Shown here one piece after another: positions 40,709 through 55,019 of a stretch of 64,000 nt of DNA. The translations under genes and the position numbers were made by a program. Numbering within the stretch: the stretch's first letter is position 1; every line of letters starts with the position of its first letter. This DNA comes from Eledone cirrhosa (Eukaryota), in the NCBI GenBank assembly GCA_964016885.1, contig OZ024743.1, positions 54,126,001-54,190,000 of the forward strand. Reading direction: 5' to 3'. A model generated the notes under the pieces. That model was given only the letters and a program-made list of their open reading frames with translations, made no database searches and had not been told where the DNA came from.

Positions 40709-40999
40709 CTAGCAAAGTTTAGACATATAATTAACCTCCTATTGGACAGAACAATCATATAGATACATAGATATTAATGTTGTCATCAACAGTTTCATAT
40801 TTACAGAGTGGAGTGGATGTGACAGATATTATAAGAGAATAGTATAACAATTATATTATTGCTCTGTAAAACATCTGATGTATTTACACATTGAGCTATT
40901 TTTCTTACTGGTAATAAGGTAGTAATGAATTACTGACCTTTCCTGTTTATAATTGTATATAGTGTATATATAAGTATAACTAATATTATTATTATTATA

Positions 41000-42153
<1,154 letters not shown>

Positions 42154-42601
42154 TCATTTAAAGGCCGTTTCCCTGTTTGCAACACACACACACTATGATA
42201 TTCATGAGTTACAACATCGTTCTCATGAACCTTCCCACCTAACAACACAAACGTGGCAATAATAGCTCAGCTATCAACACTATATTCTGAAGATAAGACC
42301 GAGATAATCAACAAACGTTAATGGATATAGGAACGTAACCGTTCCAAACTAAACATAGACATCTAATAATGAAATATTTGTAGCGATTTATAAAAAGAAC
42401 GATAAAATTCGAAAATAGTCGTGTCTCATTTCTTACATAATATGCTCGACCTGGTTGAGTATTTTTCATCGTTAAATACGTAGGGTTCTTCTGAGCCAAT
42501 ATAAGGACTTTTCCACCATAAAGTATGTACGTTTTCCCTCATATTGTGTGCTTTATATATATGTACAAAATGGTACTTCTTCTCAAACGATATATGGCTC
42601 T

Positions 42602-42665
<64 letters not shown>

Positions 42666-42723
42666 CATCTTTTTATTTGCATTACACTCACACACGTAAA
42701 CACACACACACACACACACACAT

Positions 42724-42760
<37 letters not shown>

Positions 42761-42801
42761 CGATATTAATAAATGGAAACTATATTTATAAAACCATATT
42801 T

Positions 42802-42864
42802 ATTTCATTATACATATTTCAAGGATACCAACTTAAATTATGGTATGCCTTCATCAGACAAAAT
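42802..42864 (-). ncRNA. Type I hammerhead ribozyme (inverted copy)
   Basis: Reverse complement of 43114-43176. Confidence 0.75.
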
Positions 42865-43113
42865 ACAATATATATCAGTTTTACAAATAAGTATTGACGT
42901 ACCCTTTCAAAATGCGACCATTACTTTTGGAGGACATCAGGATAGTGGTTTGTTTATATTATTTTAGTAAGTCTTAGTGTTAAGGACAATTACAAAGGAC
43001 GGAGAGAGAGAGAAAAGCGTGGAGAAACCACTATCCTGATGTCCTCCAAAAGTAATGGTCGCATTTTGAAAGGGTACGTCAATACTTATTTGTAAAACTG
43101 ATATATATATTGT

Positions 43114-43176
43114 ATTTTGTCTGATGAAGGCATACCATAATTTAAGTTGGTATCCTTGAAATATGTATAATGAAAT
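43114..43176 (+). ncRNA. Type I hammerhead ribozyme
   Basis: AUUUUGU-CUGAUGA-AGGCAUACCA UAAUUUAAGU UGGUAUCCUU-GAAA UAUGUA UA-AUGAAAU. Confidence 0.75.
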
Positions 43177-43304
43177 AAATATGGTTTTATAAATATAGTT
43201 TCCATTTATTAATATCGTATATCTACTCCAAATACTTGTCGAGTGCTTTATATCAGTTATAAAAATATTTACTTGTTGTATCCCAACAATTTAAATAGAA
43301 CTTT

Positions 43305-43337
<33 letters not shown>

Positions 43338-43344
<7 letters not shown>

Positions 43345-43768
43345 TAACAGATTAAAGTTTAAGCAAAGAATCGCTGCTTTCACCCTTAACGGGATCTTCT
43401 GAAACAGTTCAGAAGATCCATTAAAGACGAAGGCAGTGATTCTTTGCTTAAACTTTAATCTGCCATTTTAATAAATATTTGATCTAGGGTTCTTATATAT
43501 TTGATATATATTTATCCTAATCGAGCCCTCTTTCGATTTTAGTCTTCACATTTATTATTATTATTATTATTATTATATAAATATATATATATATATATAT
43601 ATAGTAATAATAATATAATTGAAGACTAAAATCCAAAGAGGGCTCGATAAGGAAAATATATATCAAATATATAAGAACTGTAGAGCAAATAGTTAGTTTC
43701 AGAAGATCCCGTTAAGGGTGAAAGCAGCGATTCTTTGCTTAAACTTTAATCTGTTATTTTAATAAATA
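43338..43768. mobile_element. Two adjacent fold-back units of the CAGAAGA HHR family
   Basis: Motif copies at 43356-43405 (-), 43406-43455 (+, decayed) and 43695-43745 (+), separated and flanked by (TA)n. Confidence 0.8.
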
Positions 43769-43785
43769 TATATATATATATATAA

Positions 43786-43951
<166 letters not shown>

Positions 43952-44206
43952 AATGGCTTCTACAAGACTAGAATTATTTCATTCGGGAGAAATCATGAAA
44001 AACTCGAACCATTATGATCTTCTTCCTGGATATATCAATATTTATAAAACAAACTTTGTACCCTTGAAATATATATAATATAATAAATATGATTTTATAA
44101 ATATAGTTTCCATTTATTTAATATCATTGAGTGATTGCCGAGTGCTTCGAATCAGTTATAAACATATATATTTGTTGAATTACCAACGAATTAAATATCC
44201 CTTTTG

Positions 44207-44278
<72 letters not shown>

Positions 44279-44281
<3 letters not shown>

Positions 44282-44830
44282 CGGGTAAAATTCCCGAGAT
44301 CCATGGACGAGTTCTCTCCAGCGGTCTCTGTCCCTCATTATCGCTGCCATGTCCTGCGTCTCCAACAGACCAGTGTCTGTCCTTAGGGCATCAACATATG
44401 TTAACCTTGGTCTTCCTCTTCCAGTGTGTCCATGTAGGGGCTCCCAAAGGAGCACTGAGTGCAATGTCAACTCTGGATGTCGGTGAGCATGTCCAGCCAA
44501 CCTCAGTCTCCTCTGTCTCACTTTTGAGCTGACTTTTGGGAGGCTCCCATACAGCTCTGAGTTTTTCATCCTCAGTGTATACTGATTAATGTTCAGAGCC
44601 ATCCTCAGCATTCTCGTGTAGCACCCATCCACCATCTGAGTGAGTCTCATGGTCAGTGTCCAAGTCTCAGACCCATACAGCAGCACAGACTCCACTACAG
44701 CAATGAAGAGGCGGATTTTCAGGTCTCTACGAAGGTCCGACTTCCACACCGATCTCAAGCTGTGGCACGCCGCCCAGGCCTTGCTCTTCCTCTCAACCAC
44801 ATTATCTTCCGTATTCCCAATCTTTGCTCC
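44279..44830 (-). mobile_element. 5'-truncated RTE-clade LINE in (TA)n
   Basis: ORF 44180-44857: ESVLLYGSETWTLT, RLRLAGH, GRGRPRLTY, DRDRWR. Confidence 0.9.
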
Positions 44831-45304
44831 TATATATATATATGCGCATAAATACACACAGATCTAAGACGGACAGGGTAAACGTGTTCAATGATGCCGG
44901 TTGAATATGGGCTGCGGTATACTTGATACAGGAGGCCATGAAATTTATTATTTTGTAATCAAAATTACGCCTTAGGTCATTTGCTGAAAAAGACACGTGC
45001 AGTTAACGGAAATTAATTAATTCATTGTGCACTATGCACCATTTTAGATACATTAAAACGTATGTTATACTTTAAAAAAAATAGATATGCAATTTTAGTC
45101 ACAGCCAGTCTATAATTATATATCCCTTAAAAAACAGTCTACTTTACATTTCAAAATATCTAAAAAGTGTTGAGTAGTAAGCACACTATATATTAAACAC
45201 ACACACTAACGTATGTATGTATGTATGTATGTATGTATGTATGTATGTATGTATGTATGTATGTATGTATGTATGTATGTATGTATATATATATATATAT
45301 ATAT

Positions 45305-45498
45305 AAAGAAGGAATTGTGGTAAGGAACCAGATGGACCATAACGCACCAGAATACTCAATACTTAGGGTAGTAGAGTAGGAAATAGGAAAAAGTATGACC
45401 CCGACGGCAGGGCTCAAGCCGTTTCGACGGCTAATTCTGAGTCCAGAAATAGCCGTCGAAACGGCTTGAGCTCTGCCACCGGGGTCATACTTTTTCCT
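45305..45498. mobile_element. Fold-back fragment of the 4.7-kb HHR family, inverted within stem II
   Basis: Matches 4667-4805. 45384-45440 is inverted at 45444-45498, and only 3' HHR halves remain. Confidence 0.8.
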
Positions 45499-45531
45499 AT
45501 ATATATATATACATGTATGTATATATACATG

Positions 45532-45597
<66 letters not shown>

Positions 45598-45629
45598 ATG
45601 TATGTATATATATATAAATATACATGTAT

Positions 45630-45698
<69 letters not shown>

Positions 45699-45702
<4 letters not shown>

Positions 45703-46133
45703 ACTGCCCCTTAAACGGTAACTGCCTCTCTAAGAACATCGTCTATGCTTGCGTAGTTATAACTAATTCCTCTAATAGAACTTATATAGGCTCTACATCT
45801 AACACTTTTAAGACTAGGTTTAATTCTCATATCTCTAATTTCAAACATGTTAAGTTTAAGAATTCTACTTCTTTAACACACTATATCTGGGATCTTAAGG
45901 GGGCTAATATACCATATAGCCTTAACTGGCGTTTAGTAGCACGCTCTAATAACCTTTCTAGACATACTAAATTTTGTAATGTCTGTATCCTCGAGACACA
46001 CTCTATAATTTTCTCTAGCAAATCCTTACTTAATAGAAAGTCTGAGATATTCTCTTCTTGCCCCCACGCTATTTCTAATTCTTACTTTTATTATAAACCT
46101 AAAGGTTCTAGTAGTATAAATTGTATCCATTAG
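45699..46133 (+). CDS. Penelope-like GIY-YIG endonuclease domain (5'-truncated, uninterrupted)
   Basis: [14 protein letters not shown]...[14 protein letters not shown]...CNVCILE...LLNRKSE...CPH. Confidence 0.85.
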
Positions 46134-47396
46134 CTGATATATTCCATTACTTATTTTTTAGTTTAGGTTCTTTTTGTTTACCACCATTATTATCATCATT
46201 ATTATCATTGGTTTTTGACAACTCTTTATTCTAGCTCTCATAATCTTTTGGCTACTATACCATATCTATCTTCTTACGCATTAAATTTTCACTATTAACA
46301 CCTTATGAGTATATATCTGATTATATATTTTACATTATTTTATTTTCTTTCATTTTATTTTATTTTATTTTATTTGGATTCTTCTTTGGATAACCCCCAC
46401 CCCCACCCCCACCCCATGCGCACATAAACTTATTGTCAACCCCTCCAAATAGATTATTATTATATTTAATCCACCCCCCTCTTTTACGCTCCTTTCTATT
46501 ATTTAATATAGTATATTGACTATGATTTTATGCTCCTTTGTATCCTCATACATTTCTTTCTTTCTGTCCCTATTAGCCTACCATAATTCTGCTTAAGTCA
46601 GTTTTTTAGATATCGTTATGTATATGATAGTAGAAAATTTCATTCCTTTATGTATATATTTGTAGTGAAATATTAACGTTTATAAACTTTGATTACTTAA
46701 ACCATAGCTAATATTGCATTGCCTTATTGGATATTTTAAATATTTTTAATATTAATTTATCAAATAGGGTTTTCGAGTCATTTACCGGGGTTGTTTCCTA
46801 AGTTTTTACTTAACTGCATGTGAGACCTAAGTATATACTTTTGTTTTTGTTTTTTAATTTCCGGTTGATTCTATTTATTTATTTATTTGTAATACTACTG
46901 TGCATTCTATTTACTGTCTGGCCCTTACTCACTCATCCACATATATGTCTGTTTACCAACCTTGTAATTATAAGTAATTATATATTATATTATGTTAAAT
47001 TATTTTATATTGTATTTGTTATTGTACTATCGATCCTTATTACTTACCGTTGATTATATGTAACATTGTGATATGTTAAACTTTATATATCATGTAAGAT
47101 GTTTATATTTTTGTACCATCATAATTTTGGGTATTGTACAATTTATATTTTTTCTCACCTACTCTGTAACTCTATATGAATTGATTTGTTAACTTGCATG
47201 CCATTATATATTGTATATTATATATGTTATTATATTATTATTATAGTATTATTGTGACATCTATATTGTTTGTGTAAATTAACCGGAGATTATCTATTAT
47301 ACTATATTATATAGTATATAATTGTATAGTTTATTATATATTATATGTGCTACTTATAATCATATCATATTATTACCTCATGTATATTAGATATAC

Positions 47397-47428
<32 letters not shown>

Positions 47429-47840
47429 TTTATTCCTATCATGCTTATTTATATTTAAACTCTTAATAAGGTCTAATTTGTGCTGTTGAAGATGGATATG
47501 TGTATTGATGTATGTGTATATGTGCGTACGTGTGCGTACATATATACATATATATATTGTACCTTTTAATTTTTATTGTAATTTTAATATTGTTACAAGT
47601 ATATTATATTATATTATATAGTATTATATATAATTCCTGCTCTATATAACCACCTTTGTTTGGCTCTAGGTTTTTTTTGCTTTGGACTATATTTGTAATA
47701 TGGTTCTAAATGTTATACACCTCCTTAGTGATTTTTATTATATATTTTTACCCATAATCTTGCAATACTTTAGTGTATGTACACTCCATATTCTTCGGAG
47801 TTTTCGGCTTGTATTGGCCGATAATACTTCTTGTTGTTTT

Positions 47841-47890
47841 AATTGCCCTGATGAGTCCTTAATAGGACGAAACATTGTTGGCTAATAAAG
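47841..47890 (+). ncRNA. Minimal type I hammerhead ribozyme
   Basis: GCC-CUGAUGA-GUCCU UAAU AGGAC-GAAAC AUU GUU-GGC, followed by UAAUAAA. Confidence 0.85.
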
Positions 47891-48029
47891 ACTTTTGATG
47901 TATTGAAGGCTTCTTTGTTTTACTTTCATAATTCTTCGGCTCTGTTTAATTACATTGAGCTATACCTTTTACTGTCATTTCTATAATACGAAGAGGGTGT
48001 TTAACTCCAACACGCTCCAGTATTTTAAT

Positions 48030-48077
<48 letters not shown>

Positions 48078-48158
48078 TCTATATTAAAACTTTTATACTC
48101 TGCTATGTATGGAGTACCTTGCTTACTTTGGTTACCTCCGATTTAACCCGGAATAACT

Positions 48159-48216
<58 letters not shown>

Positions 48217-48223
48217 CTGCATG

Positions 48224-48256
<33 letters not shown>

Positions 48257-48257
48257 G

Positions 48258-48301
<44 letters not shown>

Positions 48302-48469
48302 TGTGTGTGTAAGTATGTATGTATTAAGATACTGGCTAAGGAAATAGAAAGGAAAGACTATGGAAGAAAAACAGCAACAAGAACGAAAAAAGAGGAACAA
48401 AAACAAAAGAAAACGAAAGAAAACAATGAGTGAATGAGTGAGAGAATGAAGGAAAAATCGTTCAATGAA

Positions 48470-48790
48470 CGTGACGACTGAGTGGAATCATGCAAGTTGA
48501 CAGTTGACGTCTGCCAGAATTGCTAGCGGAAAGAACTTCAAGATAGATACGAACAAACAATTAAACACCTGCCATGTCAATTGTCAGATGACTTCCGGGA
48601 GAAATTCACTGTGATCATGTGACTCTGACGTCACTGTATTGAATACCAAAGCCTCGTGTTACACAGATCCGATGATGAAGATGAAGGAGACGACATCAAG
48701 GATGATAACGATTGCGACGATGACGACGGAACAGAAGACAAAATGACACACGGCAGGTGAAACGTCAAACAGCATCACATGGGTTGGGTT
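48470..48790. promoter_or_regulatory. Candidate enhancer: motif-dense unique island
   Basis: ACTTCCGG (ETS, 48591), TCATGTGA (48615), TGACGTCA (CRE, 48626), CACCTG/CAGGTG E-boxes, TGACAG. Confidence 0.4.
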
Positions 48791-48902
48791 GTTGATGACT
48801 GCAGATATATAGAGTGGAAGGAGACGGAGAGAGGGGGAGATGAGATAGAGAGAGATAAAGAGGAGAGTGGTGTGTGAGGGCGAGGGAGAGAAAGATCAAG
48901 AG

Positions 48903-48961
<59 letters not shown>

Positions 48962-49432
48962 AAGGTGATGCATGAGGGAGAGAGAGAGATAAAGAGGTGT
49001 TTGTGAGGGAGGGATAGAGAGAGATAAAGAGGTGTGTGTGAAGGAGGGAGAGTGAGAGATAAAGAGGTGTGTGTGAGAAAGGGAGAGAGAGATAAAGAGG
49101 GGCGTGTGGGGGATTAGGGTATTAGATAAAGAGGTATGTGTGAGGGAGTGGGGGAGTTAAAGAGATAAAGAGGGATGTGTGAGGGAGAGGAATGATAGAT
49201 AAAGAGGAGTGTGTGAGGGAGAGGGGGAGAGAAAGAAGTGGTAAAAAGGAGGAATAGAAAGAGAGATGTGCGGGAAAATAGAGAGGAGGAAGATGGAGTG
49301 GGTAAGAGAACAACAGGGTAGAGGTTAGATGGAGAGAGAGAGAGAGAGAGGGGGGGGGGCTGCAGCAAGACATGCTGCATTAACAACAACAGCAGGAGGT
49401 TATATTAGCTTAGACGTATAGACACACACATA

Positions 49433-49469
<37 letters not shown>

Positions 49470-49474
<5 letters not shown>

Positions 49475-49695
49475 ACAGTCACACACTCACTCACATCCAC
49501 ACACACACACACACTTGACAGTCACACACTCACTCACATCTGCACACACACACAGACACTTGACAGTCACACACTCACTCACATCCACACACACATACAC
49601 ACTTGACAGTCACACACTCACTCACATCCACACACACACACATGACACTAAACAAAAAACTCACATCCACACACACACACACACTTGACCCTCAC
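49470..49695. repeat. ~44-bp minisatellite (CTTGACAGTCACACACTCACTCACATCC(AC)n)
   Basis: Four to five tandem units. Confidence 0.85.
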
Positions 49696-49803
49696 ACACT
49701 CGTTCATGCATATATTTATGTATGCATATATAAATGCATGTACGTTTGCGTGTGTTGTCTGTTCGCCGTTGTGTGTGCGTTTGTTTGTTCTATATGGGTA
49801 TGT

Positions 49804-49840
<37 letters not shown>

Positions 49841-50051
49841 TTTATGTATTTATGTTAGTGCGTGTTGTCTGTTTGCCTCTGTCAGCGTGTGTGTGTATAT
49901 GTGTGTTGTCTGTCGGTCTGCACGTATGTGTATGTGCATCTAGGTATATGTGTGTGTGTGTGTGCATTTCGTGTACGTTTATGAGTGTGTATCTCTGCGT
50001 GTCTGTGTATGTTTGTTTGCATCTTTATTTGTGACTGTATGTGTATGTAAG

Positions 50052-50865
50052 TTCTTCTGGTTTTATAATTTCACAAATTTTAGTCAATAGAGAGAGATCC
50101 GGTTTCTAACATAGATACAAGACTCCCTCATTGGAATTTAGACAACATCAACTAGGTAGATATGTATGCATGTCTGCATGCATGTGTGTGTGTGTGTGCA
50201 TGTGCATACGCTTTGTATCTGTACATGTGTATATGCAGTTATTAGATGCAAAATGTTTGGAATGTTGTACATATTTTTGCTGTTCCATTAACGGATTGTA
50301 CTTGTAATTTCCTAACTAGTTGTGTTCTTTCTGTTCCTGTGAAGCCCAGTTTCTCAAGATTTGTATTGAGGCAGTTACTAACATACCCCAGTGCCCCAAT
50401 AATCACAGGCATAAATATGAAGGTATGGTCAGGGTGGAGTATCTGCAGATTTCTCATTATTTCTGCATAAATATTCTCCTTTTCGTTAATCATTAATATT
50501 ATGTTGGCATCTGCTGGGCAGCTAATTTCCACTACTGTGCATGCTTTCTTCTACCTGTCCCATATCATTATATCTGGTCTGTTATGCCTGCACTTTATTG
50601 GGGTTTTTACTGGAACATTCCGCCAGTACTCTTCCACATTGCTGTAGATTTTAATGTGTTTGTCATCGGGCATCTTTTCTACGGATTGCATTGTACAGTG
50701 TGTTGGCCACTACATCATGCCTCATAGGTAAATAATACCGCGATGACATCTTTGGATAGCTGCTTATGACATGGGTGACATCTTCGATGTTAATTCTGCA
50801 GAGTCAGCACTTATTGTCACATCTAGGTGTTTTGCCTGCATCCCCATCTATTTTGTGAATGATGT
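50052..50865 (-). mobile_element. R4/Dong-like non-LTR retrotransposon 3' end (restriction-like endonuclease)
   Basis: Minus strand gives KC*LC..IEDVTHVIS, RHDVVA, HNRPDIMIWD, VEISCP, K..Y, PVIIGALG. Confidence 0.85.
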
Positions 50866-50869
50866 ATGT

Positions 50870-51235
50870 ATGTTCTTCTGGTTTTATAATTTCACAAAGT
50901 TTTACCAATAGAGAGAGAGTCGGTTTCTAACACAAGACTCTCTCATTGGAATTTACACAACATCAACTAGGTAGATATGTATGTATGCATGCATGTGTAG
51001 ATATAGATGTTATTGTATGTGTGGATGTGGATGTTTTGAGTTGTATTTGTGCATGTGTATATGCTCTGTATCTGTACATGTGTATATGCAGTTATTGGGT
51101 TTTTTACTGGAACATTCCACCAGTACTCTTTCATATTATGTACATGGATTTCTTCCACATTGTTGTAGCTTTTAATGTGTTTATTATCGGGGCTATCTTT
51201 TTTACGAACTGCATTGTACAGTGTTTTGGCCACGT
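50870..51235 (-). mobile_element. Internally deleted tandem derivative of the same R4/Dong-like element
   Basis: VAKTLYNAVRKKD..EYWWNVPVK is joined directly to the 3' UTR. Confidence 0.75.
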
Positions 51236-51259
51236 AAGTATCTAGAAACATCCATGGAA

Positions 51260-51505
51260 ATTAACATGCTCTACTCACTGGTCGTACGTTTTGCTGTGAT
51301 GTATGTTTAATGTGGGTTTTTACGAGTGTTTAACGTGGGTTTAACGTGACGCATGTTTTTCTCAAGTATTTAACATGATTTTCAAGTCTAGTGTGTTTAA
51401 CGTGTCTTTTACGTGTAGTGTGTTGAACGTAGGATTTACGTGTAGTGTATTTCACGTGAGTTTTATGTGTGGTGTCTTTAACGCGGATTTTACGTTGATC
51501 TTTAT
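51260..51505. repeat. Degenerate ~28-bp minisatellite (TTTTACGTGTAGTGTGTTTAACGTG-like)
   Basis: Recurring units. Confidence 0.6.
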
Positions 51506-51999
51506 ATGTGTTAGCATAGAAATAAGTCACACATTATAGAGATACCTGGCATGGGAGCGGGCCATCTTGCTCTTTGATATTTTACTGTCGCTGGTAAGGG
51601 AAGGAGCTTGAAAAGAGTTTGTGCCAGAGCTGCGCAGATCATCTTTGTTGATCTCCAGTTCTTCTTTGGCCAACACTTTGGTCTTTTCCTACCAACTAGT
51701 AACCATGTCATTGTAGATTTTGCTGGGATATTGTCCCCCGTGTATTAGCAAAATATGTTGTAGTTGTGATAACAATTGATTGGAATAACCTCGTTTGTGA
51801 TGTGAGCTTCCTTAATTGCCATATTTGTTCGAGTTTGTTGAATACTCCAGCACCTTTGACTATACTTTGTTTTATGTCAGTTTCAGTATTGTCATCAGCT
51901 GTCTGAACACTTCTAAGATATGTGTACCTTGACCATCAAACTAACTAAGGAACATCACTGAGTAATCACACGAGTATATAAATACAGTAATGATAAATG

Positions 52000-52540
52000 A
52001 TGTTGACTTCAAAAAAAGGTTCGATACCGTACAGCGTCATTTCCTCATAATGATTGTCCATATTTATGGTATCTCCGATCACAATATAAACATCAAGACA
52101 CAAGTTGCTGTGTAAAAACAGTCAGGATTTATTGAGGTCTTTTCAATCCTATTATGAATGCAACAAGTTAGCATCCTATTCCCATTGTTCTTTTTTTAAT
52201 TTTTTTTTTAATAATCTTGGACTGGATTCTTAGAAAGTATTTGGATACCTGTGGGCATGGCTTAACATTGGGAAAAATGAAACTTGCAGGCTTATACTTT
52301 CCTTAGTTCGTCTCACAAACAACTAAACAGAAATATAGTCTATGACAAATACCCTTGTTGAAACAACTGTAAAGGTTTGTTTGAGATTAAATGCATCAAA
52401 AGTAAAAATACAGATCGTTGCATACTGTGAAGCGTATCAAGATGTCAATCGTGAAAAGATAGAAGAGGTTCAACGCTTCACATAACTTAGTAGCGTTCAA
52501 TAGCTAGCAATACTGAAACTAACATAAAACAAAGGTAACA
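52000..52540 (+). mobile_element. Highly decayed LINE RT remnant
   Basis: VDFKK(A)FD.V, YGI, GL(R)LN..K and EEV..F..L-like remnants. Confidence 0.5.
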
Positions 52541-53851
52541 TTACATACATGGCATGGTCCCGTAACTCCTGATGAAGTCTAAGGGGCGTCGTAATGGCAT
52601 ACTGAGTTTCTTGAGCATTTTAAGCCTGTTGGAGCCCATCCTTCTTTAGATCTAAACACCTCAGATTTCTTCCAGAGAAGGATTGAAAGAGAAAGAGGTG
52701 GAGGTGAGGAAATGTGATAGATGAAGAATTGACGCCACTTCTAGACTAGTACTTCTTTATTGACCTTGAAGCGATGAAACACAAATTTAATATAGCAGTA
52801 TTTGAACTGAGAGAGCAGGAGCAGAGAGCCGAGACTAATATCGCAAATCATTATATTCGACGTTTTAACGATTCTGCCAATCCACCGCCTTATTATATAT
52901 ATACATACACACCTGCATGAAAAAATTGGCATTAACGTGCAAAAGCGGAGCGCTCCACAATCACGTGTGCACATAACGTGCTTCTCATGGAAATTCAGCG
53001 TGACAGTGTGTTACCTGTGCGGACATTTGAATTACTGGTATAGTCCATCCGACAAGCTTCGAAACAGTTTCCGACTGCTCAATTTTACTCACAAGACATG
53101 GGTAGACCCGTGACTATGGTAAATAACATTTGGCTAATATGCTTGTGACTGTTGTCTGTCTATCTATCTATCTGTGTGTTCGTTTGTTTTGTCTGCTGCC
53201 AGCCCTTTTGTGCATGCGTGTGTTTGGTCTTGTTGGTCGCCTCTATGTGTTTTGTCTGATTCTCTGTCTTTCTGTATTACTCGTATCTGCGTGCTTCTGT
53301 GTGTTGTTTGACTGCTTATGTATGTTTATATGTACAGATCGTATTGAACCAGGGATCTAATTATTACGAAACGAACTTTTTGACCATTCGAGCATGTTGC
53401 GCTCACATTTCATTATAACATGTAGAATGATAAACATTTTTACAATGTAGGTTTTATTGAATTCCGAAAGGAACTTAAACTCTTACATCCATCAATAAAT
53501 TTGGATTTTTATTGATGGATCGTTTTTACAAGGGACCTTTATTATATTTCACTCTTCCAAACATGGTTGCTTCTTCTCCCACAAGTTTTCCGCTACTCTC
53601 TTTATTTTACATCTTTATAGAAAGATTGGCGAGCTTTCAACTTTCCACCTGTCAGTTGTAAATGTTGCTAACTTATTTATGTTCGGTCTCAAACCAAGTG
53701 AATAAGTAGTGTTCGTTGAATTGTCTGAAATATATGTACAATATATGTGCAAGTAAACATTTCAATTAACCATGCTTGTGTGTATCTAAGGGATGTAATA
53801 TATCCGATTTAATTCATTTTACTGACATTTTATGCAAATACAATGAAAAAT

Positions 53852-53903
<52 letters not shown>

Positions 53904-53957
53904 ACACATATATATATATATATATATATGCTATATATATATATATGTATATAGCAC

Positions 53958-54002
<45 letters not shown>

Positions 54003-54021
54003 TGTGTGTGTGTGTGTGTGC

Positions 54022-54125
<104 letters not shown>

Positions 54126-54699
54126 CTGTCTGTGTATGCTTACATAAAGTGTTAATGTAAATATAACAGTTATATAAAATAAAGAGAAAATGGAGGCAGT
54201 ACATCTGAGGACAAACGTGTGGTGTGTGTTTGAGAACGACTTCATACAATCAGTTGAGTCGTCTTTCTTTGTAATCTGTCTTGGACAGGTATTTTCAAAC
54301 GGGAAGCACTTGAGTCCCAAGAAAGGAACACAAAACGGGAAAGAATAGTGTATATTCTTAATGTATCAAATGAAATACCAATATACCCAACTTTAAGGGC
54401 GGACCCCTTCTGAAAACTTTAATTTCAATTGATTGATATATATATATATATATATATATATGGGGGGGGGGGGGCGTGTGAGCAGTGCGTGTGAGTGAGT
54501 AATATGTGTGTGTGAGAGAGTGAGTAGTGAATGTGTGTGTGTGATCAGATGTATTTCCATTGTCCTAGGTTGAATGTCTCTGGACATCTAGAATACTCTA
54601 ATTATCTGCATGTAGCTCTCAATACATGGGGCGATGCAGATTGGGTATAGAGATAGATAAAATCCCGACCACGGAGCTAAGCGGTTTCATACGATCAAG

Positions 54700-54981
54700 A
54701 ATATAGAAAACGCAAAAACAGCAAAACAACACTAAACAACCGTTACAACAACAGAAAAAACCAGAAGCAGAACCATCAACAGCAACAACAACCACGACAA
54801 AAACACAACAGAAACAGTAACAGCAACAATAACAGCAACATCAACAACCACAAAACCACCACCACCAACAACAACAACCGCTGCCGCAGCAGTGACAAAA
54901 ACAACCACAACTGTGACCAACAAAATCACTAGCAACAACATCAGTAACAGCAAAACCACCACCACCACCACCACCACCACC

Positions 54982-55019
<38 letters not shown>

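Larger units (their letters stand above)
42757..43308. mobile_element. Fold-back HHR cassette between TA tracts
   Basis: 42757-42951 is inverted at 43025-43222. A related 3' fragment lies at 44050-44209. Confidence 0.85.
45699..48032 (+). mobile_element. 5'-truncated Penelope-like element (GIY-YIG end + ~1.9-kb 3' region with HHR) in (TA)n
   Basis: GIY-YIG ORF, AT-rich tail, HHR at 47841-47890, AATAAA, and (TA)n on both sides. Confidence 0.85.

Noticed and set aside
42400-42497. Minus-strand CAGAAGA...GAAAUG hammerhead-like string
   Set aside because: Stems I and III and the UH site could not be formed convincingly.
52569-52600. CTGATGAAG as an HHR core
   Set aside because: No compatible stems, and the related copy at 57330 lacks it.
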